A stretch of DNA of 63,333 nucleotides, filler included, from Dimorphilus gyrociliatus (taxonomy: Eukaryota; Animalia; Annelida): NCBI GenBank assembly GCA_904063045.1. It is 4 parts of 4 records of this genome, joined end to end, with 100 filler letters (N's around TTAATTAATTAA, not from the genome) between each part and the next. Parts side by side here need not be neighbours in the genome. Positions count along the whole stretch, not along the records: positions 1 to 31,861 come from CAJFCJ010000131.1; 3 more parts are not named here. One strand, written 5' to 3'. The translations under genes and the position numbers were made by a program. Shown piece by piece: positions 1-13,034 of this stretch; positions within the stretch are counted from its first letter, which is position 1; every line of letters starts with the position of its first letter. The notes under the pieces were generated by a model, which searched no databases, was not told the DNA's origin, and worked only from the letters and a program-made list of their open reading frames with translations.

Positions 1-47
1 TTTTAGAGAAGGTACTTTTGTTATGGCTATTCTTGCACCATCATTCC

Positions 48-460
48 TCAACAATACTTTATCATCAACATTGAATATTTTGGAGGAATCAAATTCTTGT
101 TCTTTCTTTCTCTGTATTGTTCTTTTGCCATAATTGATTTACAAATGCAGTAGCCCAATTGTTCTAATTGTTGTTGGTGACTGAATACAAATAGGGCAAT
201 GGACTCTGTAGAAGGTATGTTCATAGTCACATCTATTAATGTTCTTGTTTTGATACCAAAGAGAAGTTCTTGTGGGGGCACATCTGTACTCCCTACTGGT
301 GATTGATTCAAAAAAGCTTGTATCAATGGTAGGTTTGCAACCCAATTATCTACATTTTCTTCCAAAACCAATTTGTTGATTTCACTTCTTACCTCTCTGT
401 TTCTTCTTTCTACTAGTTCATTACTTTGACTTCTATAAGCAGTAGGTTTGAATTTTATTA
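48..460 (-). mobile_element. Ty3/Gypsy integrase C-terminal remnant
   Basis: Reads AYRSQSNELVERRNREVRSEINKLVLEENVDNWVANLPLIQAFLNQSP, closely similar to the integrase end at 30880-31250. Contains small indels. Confidence 0.9.
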
Positions 461-721
461 ATACATATGAAACTCCAAAATCTGATCATTGAAACAACAA
501 TAACAACAACAGACACATCTATTGTTCCATTGTCCAGCGTACTTGGTCAAGTAGACAAATGAAATGTCAGTATTTCAGTACTTTTCCAATAAAATGTATT
601 GAAGAAATATCAGAATACAACTGCCAGTTCAGCAAAATAATCAATTTGATAGATAAAAGTTAGGACATTTTCAAGTTTCCTTCAATGTATGGACTATTGT
701 CCATAAAATATAAATTATTTA

Positions 722-1787
722 TCATAAGTGTAAGTTTGTCAAATTCGCCCATCCTAACCCATCGAAAATAGCATTGATTATTGAATGTTCCATTAAAAGA
801 TTGCCTAATGAAATTGTATTTGCGTTAGATTCATTTGAAATTGTAATTGTTTCAATAGGCCTCTTTGAATATTCAAAATATGAGCTGATTAATAGGGGTG
901 GAGAGGCACTTAAGCTTTGGTTGAACAAACCATGACAACTTGAACAGTGCAACAATTGCAAATTACTTAAATTTGCCTTGTAAACTGATCAATTACCTGA
1001 CAATTTTAGCAAATTTCTTTCAAATGTTTGACTTGTTCATCGCCTTAAATCGCAATTATCCACAAATATTTTAATTAAAGTACTTGACATTGATTTAAGC
1101 GATTGGCATACGTCTTTAAACCCATTACCCATTTCTTGATTACCCAATAATTCAATGGTAAGGCAAATCTTGACAAACTTCAAATGTTTCAGCCAAATAT
1201 TTGGTTGAATATCATTTAAATGGTAGTCCTTTAATCTAATTTCTTTTAAAGTTCTCGACGAAGATTGAAGTCCATTGAAAACTTTTAAAAGTCCATTTCC
1301 CATTTCTCTATCTTCGGATAAATCAATAAATTCCAATAAAGAACAAATTTCAAGTGTTTTTCCTAAATATAAATGCTTGCTTATCATTCGAATAACACTG
1401 CCCAATATTAAGTCGTTTTAGAGAAGGAGAAGAGAATGTTAACCCTTCGCAAATAGATTGAAATCCATTTTCCATGTATAAATTCCCAGATAATTGAATG
1501 TCTTCTAAAGAATAGCAAACTTTTAAAGTCTCTCCTAAAAATTCTACTTCCGTTTTAGATAAATTGCATTCATTTAATGCAATAAGTTTCAAAGTGTTTG
1601 AAGATGATTTTAATCCTTTACAAAAAATCATTTGAAATCCATTTCCCATAAATCTATTTCTAGACAAATCAACCTGCTGAATAGATGAACAAAATTCAAA
1701 TTGTCCAAGATATTTAATATTCCTTGAAGTTTGTTCACAATTCACAACAAACATTTCTTTTAATGTCTTCTCAACAGCCTCCCGCAA
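722..1787 (-). pseudogene. Ribonuclease-inhibitor-like LRR gene, frameshifted
   Basis: ORFs 1350-1787 and 1037-1405 carry the GNG..ICEGL..SS.TLK.L.L..C.L units of the 56122-57483 ORF, joined by a 1-nt shift near 1365-1372. Whether ORF 722-961 belongs to it is uncertain. Confidence 0.8.
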
Positions 1788-1984
1788 AGAATTTTTGTCT
1801 TTTCAATTTTAATTTATACCGATTGAATAAGCTCTAATACAAAATTCCAACTAGATTGCGATGACTATTGTATTCAAAACTACCTAAAGAACGATGGAAA
1901 ACGAGACTGTTTTATAGATATAGATGAGAGCCTGAAAAGAAATGTATTCTTTCCAAATGAAAGTTCGTGCCATTCTTTAAAAAC

Positions 1985-2112
1985 CATCGTAGGAACATTC
2001 AAGAGTGATTCTTGCGTCAGAACTTTCTGCCCATATGGATAATATCCTTGTCAGAGAGATAGTTATTGTATATCTATAGAACAGGTTTGCGATGGTTCAT
2101 TTGATTGTTATT
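1985..2112 (+). pseudogene. LDLa module fragment of the LDLa-LRR-GPCR family
   Basis: Frame from 2010 reads SCVRTFCPYG*YPCQRDSYCISIEQVCDGSFDCYF, matching CNRTYCQPGFYLCYREQYCISIQLICDG near 10540. In-frame TAA at 2040-2042. Confidence 0.75.
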
Positions 2113-3610
2113 TTATACTAACATTTGAATGCGTATTGTTTCCCAAATGTCATATATTTGCACCTGAGGAATGCAACAAAGAGAGCAGAAAATGCGATAA
2201 TCTTAAATGGATTATTAAATGTTTTAGAATAATTTGTTATAAGACTAGGCTTCTGTCATTTTGTGATTGATTGCTGAGGAGAGTTGGGGAGGGTTAAGTG
2301 GTAAAGGGATTAGGTGGAAATCCTATACAACTATTAAAAATGCTGACAACAACCTCCATAATTTCTCTTTGTAGTTTATCGATATTAATGTAAGTTGTAT
2401 TTTTCCCAACAGCTCGGCTAATTTGACAAACAAGTCCAACTGCAAGCTATTTATTCTTGTGGTGGACTTTGGCTTAACTAATAATAACAATAATCAATTC
2501 AACTAAACAAGAGTTGATTGTAAATAGAGTCTGTAGGGTAAGAGGTGCATATAAGATATATTAAAATTGTATTTTGTGAAACTGCCAATCAAAAGACGAA
2601 ATGTCATAGTTTGTCTTCATAAAAGTATTCTATTCATTTTCTTTGTTATTCACACTGTCAATCAGAAGATGTGTACGTATTTTACGAATTGTCGTAGCAA
2701 ATAATGATTAATTTCAATATAATGATCAGATTTCGAGCAGAGAAAAAGTTGATATTTCGAATACCAGTACTGATCTTCGATCTCAAAAAATCGACATAAA
2801 TCTGTTGAATAATTAGCTCCATTGTTGATTGTGTAGACAGCAATTGGCTCGTCACTCTTTGTAGTCTCTGCCACAACATGGAAGAAGGAATTTGAGGTAC
2901 TAGGTAGATCAGAGATTGGATACGTTAATTTATGAATATTCTCAGAACAGTCGGATTCAACTGGAGAGGAAGAAACAAGAGAGATTTTAATAAAGACTCA
3001 GTTAACAAAATGAAATAAGAGTTGTTCATGTTAATTTTCCATACCTTTTTGTGTTAAAGCTGACACTGCAATGAGATCAATTTCGGAAATTGCTTGATTG
3101 TCTTGCGGTGTAATTACTATATGATATGTTAATAGAAAGTTAAATTTTGCACAAACTGTATGAGACCATAAAAATTCTCCAGATGTTGTCTTAGTCGAAA
3201 AATTTTTATGTAAAAAGTTTAAAACTTTTACCAAAATTCCTTGTTGGGTAGAACTCTGGTGAAAGACTAAAAGCAGGGAAAGTATTAAAGGTTCTACTTT
3301 TAAACAAAAACAAGACTCTACTCATTTTTTGTCTAACCTCTCAAACAAACATGAGTTAGGTGAGTTAGTTTAGTTGCTAACACCAAATCTGTATTTGACT
3401 GCACAGCTAATTTTCCATCATTGTCATTGATATAATAGACACTATCTTGCATCAAATTCAAATCACTAGTTGATAATGTAGCATCGTTCAAAGTTGCCCT
3501 AACCAGCTGTGCTTTAAATGCATTTCCAAGTTCTTAAAGACAAAGAACCAAAGTTAAGATTTTTGAAATCTCTCTGCAAGATTTAATTTCTTCCTTATTT
3601 ATCTACAAAC

Positions 3611-6217
3611 CTTGCGGTTGTCTTGTGTCAATTGGAGAGGCGTACACAAACAATTCCATAAACTCTAATAGCTTTTCTGTATTCCCAGAATCCACTAAAC
3701 TGGTAACTATATATCTACCAGTAAGAATTGGGTCACAGACAACAGGAAAATACTCGAAAGTGAACTGAAAAGTTGCCGATTGACTTTCAATACAAAATTT
3801 ACTGTTTGGATTAAAAATTGTTTCTGGAATATGTTTCACAGCAACGTAAACATTTCTAAATCTTCTTAGCTGGCCTAGATTAAAAGAAAGTTCTCTCTCA
3901 AGGTCTACACTTTCTTCTCATTATGACACTTACTCTGATTGCCATTATATCTCAAGATAAAAATCATCCTATGAATTTTTTGCGTGCTGATAATGTCAAC
4001 TAGGAAATATGGGCTTATGAAACCTCCACCTTCAGCTGAAGATCTCGAAATGAACATTGTATAATAGACTCTGTCAATTCCATTCTCTTTTGAAAGGGCA
4101 TTCCTATGCCCTCCAGTCAGCGTTTTTGTATTTGTCATATCTAACAATTGAAAGGCTTTTGATGGAGAAAAATACATGAGTTTAGTTTGGGGAAAATAAC
4201 TTTTGATTGAAAAAAACACTTGTAGAAGCAGGAGAAAATTTTTACGTATACCTACCCCTTTCGCTATCAATCAACCTTCCTTGAACATTCACATCACAGA
4301 GTGTTAAGGATGTATCTTTTGTAGTTAGTTTTATAGTAAGAAAAGAGCCAACGGCTTCCGTATCGCAGGAATAGCAGTCGTATTGGGTATTATCTGTTGA
4401 AGATGGTCTCTTCACTGGTCCAACAACGTACTTACAAAGGTTCTTGTTATCGTTTGGATAATCTCCAGCAAAAATATTAAACTCTTTCAAATTATCCCCT
4501 TTGTTTTTTGGAATATTGTTAATATGGCGAATTTTTAAATATTTACATTGGATGCAAACAGAAAACATTGACAAAATTGTGGTTTTACCCCAACCCTAAC
4601 CCTAACCTTAACCCTTAGGTGGGAATTGTACTATTCTTGCTAACCAGTTTAGATATCTCAGTTTTGGATGTTTTTTGTCAACTCCATTTATGTTACATTC
4701 TCACTTACATATATCGTCATTGACATTTAGTAGACAGACCTTTGATATGCCATAGATTTTCTCAAGGTCAACAGACCACCAAGATTCGGCCAGAGAATGC
4801 TTGTGTGTTGTTGAGCAATGTTTGGTCTGTAAGAAGAGTATACAATATCAAACGTAAACTATGGGGGATAGGATTGTCTCAAATTTGCATTTTGTCTATT
4901 TAGTCTGAAGCCGACTCGAGTTAATATTTCACTATGTACACATACATTTGTCAGCTCTATTCTACTATAGATAGGTAGTATTAAACTTGTATTGTAGAGT
5001 ACTGATAACACTGATAAGATAAGCAATGCTGTACACATATTTTCGTCAGCTCTATTTCACTATAGATAAGTAGTATTAAACTGGTATTGTAGAGTACTGA
5101 TAACACTTATAGATAAGCAGGAGTGACCTAGATTTGCATAGTGTGGTACATACACAAGGTGCTGCATTCGTTCTATTAAAACATATATAAAAATAGTTAT
5201 TTCCATCATAAACTTGAATATTTCACTGAATGAATTTATAAATTTATCAACTTTAATTGAAATTAATTTAATTGAATGACAAATATGCTTTTGCCATCAA
5301 TTTTAGATTTTATTCATAAATTAGTAGTATTGTATACACAATCCTACTATACATAACATATATATTCATCAGATATCTTCCCTTCTTATATACTGATGCT
5401 AAAATTATTTGAAACCAATTATTACTATTAGAGTAGTAACTAAAAATGGTCAAATATATAATCCTTGTGTTTTCTTGATTATTGGACTTGTCCTATTAAA
5501 ATTGTTACATCTTATGCAACTCTTCAACCTTCGAAATTCAACTATTATTTGGAAGAGGAAAACAATAAGAACATGACCATATTTAGAACTTTTCTTTGTC
5601 TTAAAAATGTTACTTTTGTTTTTGTGAACATTGAAATTGGTGAACTATCAACTCTTAAAAGAGTATATAAACCCTTAGAAATTAACAGTTGATAGTTCAG
5701 TTCTCTAACTGATAGCTAGTTGTTTAAACTTGCTTATTTAGAACTTGAAACTCGTTTTTACTCAATACATATTCTTTGCACAAAATACTCGTATTTTGTT
5801 GATTAATTTCTACCGAAATTACATTTATTAAACTACTTGTGGACGAACTTGAAAGGTTCTATTTGTTTGAGTACTTTGGTAAATTGGTAAATGATTGGAA
5901 AGGACCAAATCAGTGGTGACGAACCAGAAATTCCTACAATTACTATACAACAAAGTACACACTATATTATCAAAAGTCCAAAAAGTCCAAAGTAAGACAT
6001 AAAAATTAAAGTAGAAACTCTTGGAAAGAATGTAAGTTTTACTTACATCAGCATATGAAACATCAACATCATCGTCATTGGCGTACATGGGTGATGTGGC
6101 GTAAGAATCAGTTCCCATAGTAGAACTTTGAAAAGAGGTTTTTCCTCTTGCTAAATTCAATGCTTGTATTTGATTGATAACTGCAATAACTGTCAATATC
6201 AATGGTAGATACTTCAT
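3611..6217 (-). CDS. Secreted protein with at least two F-type lectin (FTP/fucolectin-fold) domains, multi-exon
   Basis: Signal peptide plus NLARGKTSFQSST (6217-6047), CSTT..SWWSVDLEKIY (4826-4709), NLKEFNIFAG..GSFLTIKL..LTLCDVNV (4498 to ~4255), second domain (4140-3934, 3874-3611) with VCDPILTGRYIV. Splice phases are compatible. Further exons down to ~2660 are plausible but unresolved. Confidence 0.8.
4550..4685. mobile_element. Short MULE-type non-autonomous element with internal CCCTAA repeats
   Basis: Ends GGATGCAAACAGAAAAC and TTTTTTGTCAACTCC. Flanks ATTTACATT / ATTTATGTT (7/9 match, a degenerate 9-bp TSD). Lies in intron 2 of the FTP gene. Confidence 0.65.
4935..5959 (+). mobile_element. 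Solo LTR, Gypsy family 2
   Basis: TGTACA...AGTACA ends with 5-bp TSD CACTA (4930-4934, 5960-5964). Homologous to 15454-16366 and to the LTR end preceding the PBS at 32646. Lies in intron 1 of the FTP gene. Confidence 0.9.
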
Positions 6218-6849
6218 TTTGCAGACAAGCGTAGCTACTGTGGAAGAATTTATTGATTTAATTAATATATCTTTCTAAGGCATAAATACATTATGTGTTT
6301 TGGGTGAAATAAAAAATTAATTGTCTTTCATCTGCAAAGGCCATTTTTGTAGTATTTCAAAAACTGAGCATTCATTCTAAAATCATCAAATATTCAGAGT
6401 ACTTTTACATTAGCAATGATAGTTTATTATATAAAGGTTTTAGCATTGTTTTTGAGAGAAAAACAATATTCTCATAGTTCATAAAGAATTAACAGGTGGC
6501 ATTTGGTTACAACAGAAGAATCAAGATACTAAATATAGTATCTTGATTCTTTAAAAAAAAAATGATATGCTTACAATGTTTGATGAAGAAAAAGATTTTG
6601 AAAATGTACTTGCTGTTTCTAAATTTGTCAGTCAATTCTGCAATTATAATAAACCTGAGTAATATATGATTAAGTATATTTTTGGTATTGTATTTTTGAG
6701 GATTTTGTTAAGGTTTTTGTTTGGGTAATGGTTTAGGGCCACTCACAAAATCTAATTTTTAATAAACCCTATACATTTTAACTCAGCTCTGTGTATCACA
6801 AACACTAGTCAAGCTCCCAACCATTTACCATTAATAGAAATAGATAAGG

Positions 6850-7290
6850 AACTAATTTTCAAGCCTTTCGCCATGTCTATTGTATATTGACCACCAGCCA
6901 GAACAAAAAGTCATTTTTCTACCACTTTCACATACAGTGAGGTAACCTTATATGACACTTTTTAGGGCTAGGGCTAGGGTTTTATACCATAGGTATGCAC
7001 TCTCATACTCCCTAGTATGAATGCCTGAAAGGGTGAACTTCATATGGAGAAATCAACTGTTTACTGAACAATGGCAGGATAATCTCTCAGATCGAAACCC
7101 TACATTGTCTATTAGACATAATACAAGGTCCACTCTCCCAGTTTTCCAACTGGGTGAGATATACCTCCACAACTCAGTTAGATTTTTATATTTAAACTAG
7201 ACACCGAGACCTAAGTTCTGATGAATAGTTGAATAACTACCATCTAAAATTCAGGAGATCCCACAATTGAGTAGGATGCAAGGGTGAGAA
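6850..7290 (-). mobile_element. Possible degenerate Penelope-like 3-prime fragment
   Basis: Stop-riddled translation (LWDLLNFRW..SELRSRCLV..YLTQLENWES) weakly resembles the C-terminus of ORF 17219-18715. Confidence 0.35.
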
Positions 7291-7539
7291 CTTTTTTGTT
7301 TTTTACAATTTAAATTTAACATGTCAGTTGTTTACAGAAAAAAAAACAATATTAAAAATTTGTCACCAAAAACTTGAGTAAAACTTCTTGATAAAAACAG
7401 TAAAAGCATGTGAAATGAAGTCTGTCTTTTTTTTATTAAACAGTTTTGAAGAGAGAAAATGATTTTGATATTGACCAGACTGAAAAAGGGCTGACTATGC
7501 TCTTGAACATTTTCTACTGTATCATTTGTAAATTTTATA

Positions 7540-7860
7540 CAGTCCCGATAAAAAGTCTCAGCCAGGGTTGTTCTCAGAGTGGAAAAAGTGAATTATTTAA
7601 CTAACAGGACTTGCTTAATTATCTTTTTTTGTTTAGAGTGAAGCATAAGACATTTATACAACCGAATTTATAAATAGAATTCATTAAAAAATGTTTCCTG
7701 CTTTACAGTATTTTTTAGTTAAAAAAACAGGGGCATAGAATTTTCAATTATTTATAATACCAAAACTTTTTTTACAAGATTGAGAAGTTTTATCCAACGA
7801 AATAAGTCTGAAAAAAGACAAAATTACTTGTCATTTATTTTTCAAATTTACAAAGAAAGA
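7540..7860 (+). repeat. One end of a TA-flanked CAGTCCC (Tc1/mariner-type) non-autonomous element
   Basis: TA|CAGTCCC..TAACAGGACTTGCTTAATTAT.. is collinear with the reverse complement of ~41450-41737. Homology starts exactly at TATACAGTCCC. Confidence 0.7.
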
Positions 7861-7926
7861 TATCATCCCACCTATATCTTTCTGAGTTTTGTTTTAAGAG
7901 TTCTATTTTTTTGATAACTGTATCTA

Positions 7927-10900
7927 TTAAAACAGAATTGGATTTATCATAGAATTGAATGGTGTACATCTTTGGTTATATTTTACATGCTTGAGCTCTA
8001 TTATTTTATGCAACATATACATGTACATCTTAAAACCTATGCAAGAAAATGCTATAACATTGGCCAAACATAAGTCTGATTAGTCAGCTTGAAGGCTCAT
8101 CTTTAATTACCAATAAAGGTTTGGCCAAGTTATAATTTAATTAACTTGCCTAGGGTGTGGCCAAGTTATAATTCAATTAACCTTCCTAAATGTTCAACCT
8201 TGTAACATCCTCTTACTAAAGATAAATATGAACTACACATTTTGGCAACTGTAAAGTGATGATTGGATGTCAGAGACAAACCTCAAAGTATATAAATCCT
8301 CATTATTCTCATTTGGCATGCAGCTTCCATCTGGACCCAAGGACCTGGGAAAATCATCTGGAAACAACCTCCACTGGAACCATCCATCTACTCCTCAACA
8401 TTGGAAGACAGTTTGGTAATTTGGCAACCCGCTTTTACAAACTATCTACTCTGCTATCGAACTCTCATATTGTTACTTGCTTAAGTATTATTATTGCGAA
8501 TAAACCGTTTTAATTTAAACATTTGTTTAAAGGTTCGAGTAGAACCAGTATTGTTATAACTTGCAAACGCATAGATTTTGCCAGCAAGAGCAGTACAATG
8601 GTAATAAAAACACAATTATAAAATGTTTGGTTTGCTGTTTGGGACAATAACTATACAAAAACTCTGAAAGGACTGAAAAGGAAATATCATGAAAAGTGAT
8701 GACTTTTGAATTAATACCCATGTATACAGACTTAAGAGTAATATTGGTATCCAGTGCAAAAAACTTGAGAAAGTTAGGATAACAAATGTTACTTTAAGTT
8801 TCTTCAAGATGGAATCAGTTTTTAAATTGTTTTTACACTTTAACAGAGAATTTCTGATAATAATTATGATATGAAGATTCAATAGTATAATGACAAGACT
8901 TATAATAAACATAGGGACTGCTACTAGTACAAAAAGAGCTCTGCATTTATTGCTACAATTGTTGTTAAAAAGTGCAAAACAAAAAGATGTTTGATCATGA
9001 AAATTCTGGGGAAACAAAGAGAAAAAATTAAGAAAATCTCTTTTTTGTATTCTATACAAATGTTCATTTGTATGCTAACTTCAACAGTAAGTGATAGTAA
9101 ACTTGACACTACTAAACATAATACCACAATAAAAACTGATAATAATAATTGATGTTGAGCGATTAAGGACGTTTTTAAAGGGTTTTTAATTGCTTGATGC
9201 TTTGCTATTGTTGTCATCAGCAAAGTGATTGTTGACGTTGTCAGTGCAAATGTAACTAGAGAGCCCATAGTTTTACAGGATGTTGCCCTTATCCAATATG
9301 ATTCATTCTCAACAAATGTTTGCTCGTAATAAGTGTCAACAACTGCCAAGGTCAAGGTGTAAAATGAAATAAGAAAATCACTTAGACTGATTAAGGAGAA
9401 AAAATATTTAGTGACATTATTCACTGATATAATAAACACCATTGAAATGGAGTTTCCAAGACAACCACAAATTCCATAAAACCAGTAAATCATTTTTTGT
9501 ACTTTTGATGTAAAGAGGTATGAACAAAGTGGATAGGCTATTTGGGGTGTTTGACCTTGACATATTACATTTTCACTATTATACTTTTGAATTAAGCAAC
9601 AAATTTTATTATTGTCAGTTAAAATTTTGTGAATCGTCTTTAGCCTTTTGAAAGCTAGTGATAATTTTTTTAATGGAATTAAAGTATTTTTTACAATTAG
9701 CTGTTGAAAATGATTAAAAGATGAAAGAGACATTGACTCAATTCCTAGAATATGGAAGTTTGTAATAATTAAAATTTCTAAATAGGTCAATGATTTAAAA
9801 TCAGTATTTGAAATAATAAAAATTTTACTAAGTGAAATATTCAATTTTTTTAAATGTTTTGATTGGAAAGTTTTTAAAAATGTCAAACTCTGAATTGGAT
9901 TCATTGAAAGTGTAAAATTCTGAAGAATTTTAAACTTGCAGGCCAAAATGAAATTAGTATCATTTAATTTATTATTAATTAGTGATAAAGATATCAAATT
10001 GGGAAATAATGATTTGAATTTTTAAAATAAATTGAATTTTGGCTAATTGCCAAACTTAATAGTTGAGTTGAATTTTTTAATATATTTGTTGAATGTAAAA
10101 ATTCTCCTGTGATTGTTAATTTTTTTATGAATTCTATATTCTCTTTTCTTATAGTTTCTGGATATTTGTCTTGTTTTCTTGGAGATGATTTGTCAAATTA
10201 CATTCATAGTTATAATTTGATTTACTTGAACAATCTGGATGTTTAAGAATAGAAGTTTGACATAATATTTCATCATGACCGTCCCAACAATCAATAATTC
10301 CATCACACACATGATCTATTGTTAAATATTCCCTACTGGTGTAGCATTTAAAGTAGCCTTCGATTGAAATTTTATCTAGGTCAACAGCAAAACAATTAAA
10401 CACGAAAGGAGCAGAGTTAGTTTTTCCTTTACCGCAGTTGATTTCATCATCTCCCTGAAAGCATTGGCGGATTCCATCGCAAATTAACTGAATAGAAATG
10501 CAATATTGTTCTCTATAGCAAAGATAAAATCCAGGTTGGCAATACGTTCTATTGCAGTATTCTTGATGGCTAAACAGATCAGTAATGGGCTGTCCAATGG
10601 AAGACATATCGTAAAAACAAAAATTATTTTTCCTTTTTGAATAATCATCTTTGCTCTCTTCTTTTCATGGGGTTTTACAGTTAAAGTCCATTTCATATTT
10701 GTATTCTTTATCTAGACAGCTTCTATCACATTCAAATTGATACTTATGATTGCAGTCTAAAAAGCAAAAAAACTAATCACACAGAATATCTCTTCCCTTT
10801 TTATGATGTAAGAGAAAAAGTGCTTAGTTTCAATTTTCAACTGTTTCTCCACTCCTACATTCCCCTCTCTTCTCACTACATCTCCATTTTTTACTGCCAC

Positions 10901-11125
10901 GCCTGACTAATAATCCCTTAAGAAATCTCAGCGCTGGTGATCATCAAACCTACTTAATAGTGCTAAAGTAATAGTTTCTCATTTCTCATATTTTAATACT
11001 CACTTTGAGTATATGATTCATTTAATGCTTTGTCACTAAAGCAATTTTCATCACTATAATCGAAACAGTTTCTTGCATTATCACACACTTTATTTCGTTT
11101 TATACACTGTTTGTTGGAACATTTT
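7927..11125 (-). pseudogene. LDLa-LRR-7TM GPCR (GRL101/LGR-like) paralog 1, disrupted
   Basis: LDLa exons at 11125-11000 and 10756-10150, LRR plus TM1-4 in ORF 8924-9997, TM5-6 in 8616-9059. TM7 (LLPFNSMINPILF) is split by a solo LTR. In-frame TGA at 10665-10667 and further stops at ~10000-10150. Confidence 0.88.
7963..8597 (+). mobile_element. Solo LTR, Gypsy family 1 (635 bp)
   Basis: TGTACA...AGTACA, near-identical to 26300-26934. 4-bp direct repeat ATGG on both flanks. Confidence 0.95.
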
Positions 11126-11149
11126 CTAAAAATAGAAGAAACAAAGTTT

Positions 11150-11375
11150 ATTGCTTTTCGGGAGGGGGCGGTGGGTGGCAGAGGGAGAGGATAGGGGGAG
11201 GCGAGAAGAGAACAGTTGAAGAGAAAGAGAAAGAGAAAGAGAGAGAGAAGGAGAAAAGAGGATAGAGATAGACAGAGGAGAGGAGACAGAGAAAGAGAAG
11301 GAGAAGGAGAACAGAGGATAGAGATAGACAGAAGAGAGGAGACATGGAAGAGAGAGAGAGAGAGAGAGAGAGACA
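11150..11375. repeat. GA-rich compound microsatellite
   Basis: (GA)n, GAGAAA and GATAGA runs. Source of spurious Ser/Leu-rich ORFs. Confidence 0.9.
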
Positions 11376-13034
11376 AGCACAAATAGATAAGAGGGGCGAG
11401 TTGTACCAATCCCATAATCCTTATTTTTTATGACTGCTTACGAAATATAGGGATATATTAAATTTTGTTTATGATAATATATTTAAGAAAAAGAAGAAGA
11501 AAACAACCATCTAAAAGCAGCTGTTGATTTATACCTACAAGTATGAGATCACGGACTAATGCATACATCACATATCATTCTCTAATGGATAGGCATTACT
11601 GATTTAGAATTGAGCACTAACTGTATTTAGTTAACAAAAACCAACTTTTACAACAAATCTTATCTTAATTATTATCATAAAAAATGATGCATTTTCATTA
11701 GATAATGATCAATTAGAGTAATTTAGAGGCTTAAATTTCAAAATTAATAAATTTTTTAAACAATTGTTGATTCTACCAATCAAAATGTATTGTTTCTTAA
11801 ATATCATGTTAATTCTGAAATTAGATATCCTAAATGTAGAATATCATTATTAAATGAAGAATTATCAAACAAAGTCAGTTGCTCAACAATTATTTTATAT
11901 CTTCTAATCAAGACTTCCTCTTGTTTATTTATATAGGAATAATTATTTTTCAGTCCAAATTTACCATCAAAAGTTAATCTAACATTATGACAAACTATCA
12001 ACACTGTATTATATCTCTAATTAAATAGAATCTATTTAAAATTGTCATTTTCTTGAAATCATTCCTTTTTTGTCTTTGTACAACAACTGATTTTTGAACA
12101 ATTACAAGAAATGTTGAAGTTTCTTCTCTCTCGTAGAAATTTGTTAACTATGAATTAAGAAGATTTTTGTATTTGTCGGAATGGTGAGAAAAAAAAGTAA
12201 CCTCTAAAAGATAACTAGTGGAAATGAATTTCTAAGATTTTCTCTCTCTGAAAATCAGAGGAAAATTTATAAATAACCTTCTTAAAATTATTTTTCATTA
12301 ATAAGCAAGAAGTGATATTATGACAAAAAAGACAAAAGAAAAAAACAACTAAATAAACTTGTTGATCTATCTGGAAAATGATTGAATGAATGAGATAAAA
12401 GAAAAAATGTTTACCTGATAAACTTCCAATTTCCATCCAATAAGAATTAATGTTGCAAAAAATGTTTCTTTTCCTTATTTGTTGCTTTTACTAAGAGTTT
12501 CAAGAGAAAATGTCAAATTATATTCATTATTCCATGGGAAATTTTTAATAAATATAGCAGGTTGACAATCAACAAAAACCCAAATATTTACTGTAGTTAG
12601 GCCTGTAAAAACAATAAAATTCAGTTTTTGAAGACTTTCATAGACTTCATCTTTATAAACTAGAAATGAAATGTTCAAAACATAATGTTTGTTTGAAGAA
12701 TATTTCTGCAAAACAGATTTGTATCAATTTTTTAGAACATTTGCCCCTCAAATTCTCATTAACAATTTTTTACCTGAACCATAATGCTGCAGTTGTCAAT
12801 CTGATGTGGTGCAAATGCTCCAGATACATTTAAAATACTCTCTATTAGACAAAGTCAATTCATTAAGATTATCTAATTTTGTTTGTATTTCTTGACAGTA
12901 ACATTTAAGATAATTGTTGCTTGAATTGAATAGAATATTTTTGCTGTTGGTTTCCTGTATCCTTATTAACTTGGACATAATAAATATGGAAGATAGATAG
13001 ATAGATAGAGAGAAAGAAAGAGACAGAAGATTAT

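Noticed and set aside
5465-5692. 75-aa ORF repeated at 15721-15948
   Set aside because: Internal to the family-2 LTR, with no evidence of coding function.
5884-5959. Apparent PBS-less LTR followed by a gag start MIG..PTITIQQST
   Set aside because: TSDs and the PBS at 32641 show this stretch is the end of the LTR. The ATG is incidental and the PBS is present in the internal copy.
7218-7240. CTGATGA followed by a hairpin (hammerhead-like); also searched 3-prime of the Penelope ORF
   Set aside because: No GAAA core or closing stems found.
8256-8513. 85-aa ORF repeated at 8256, 23369 and 26593
   Set aside because: It lies inside the 635-bp LTR; conservation reflects recent copying and there is no domain signal.
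10993-11415. Ser/Leu-rich ORFs
   Set aside because: Produced by the GA microsatellite; only the LDLa exon at 11125-11000 is real.
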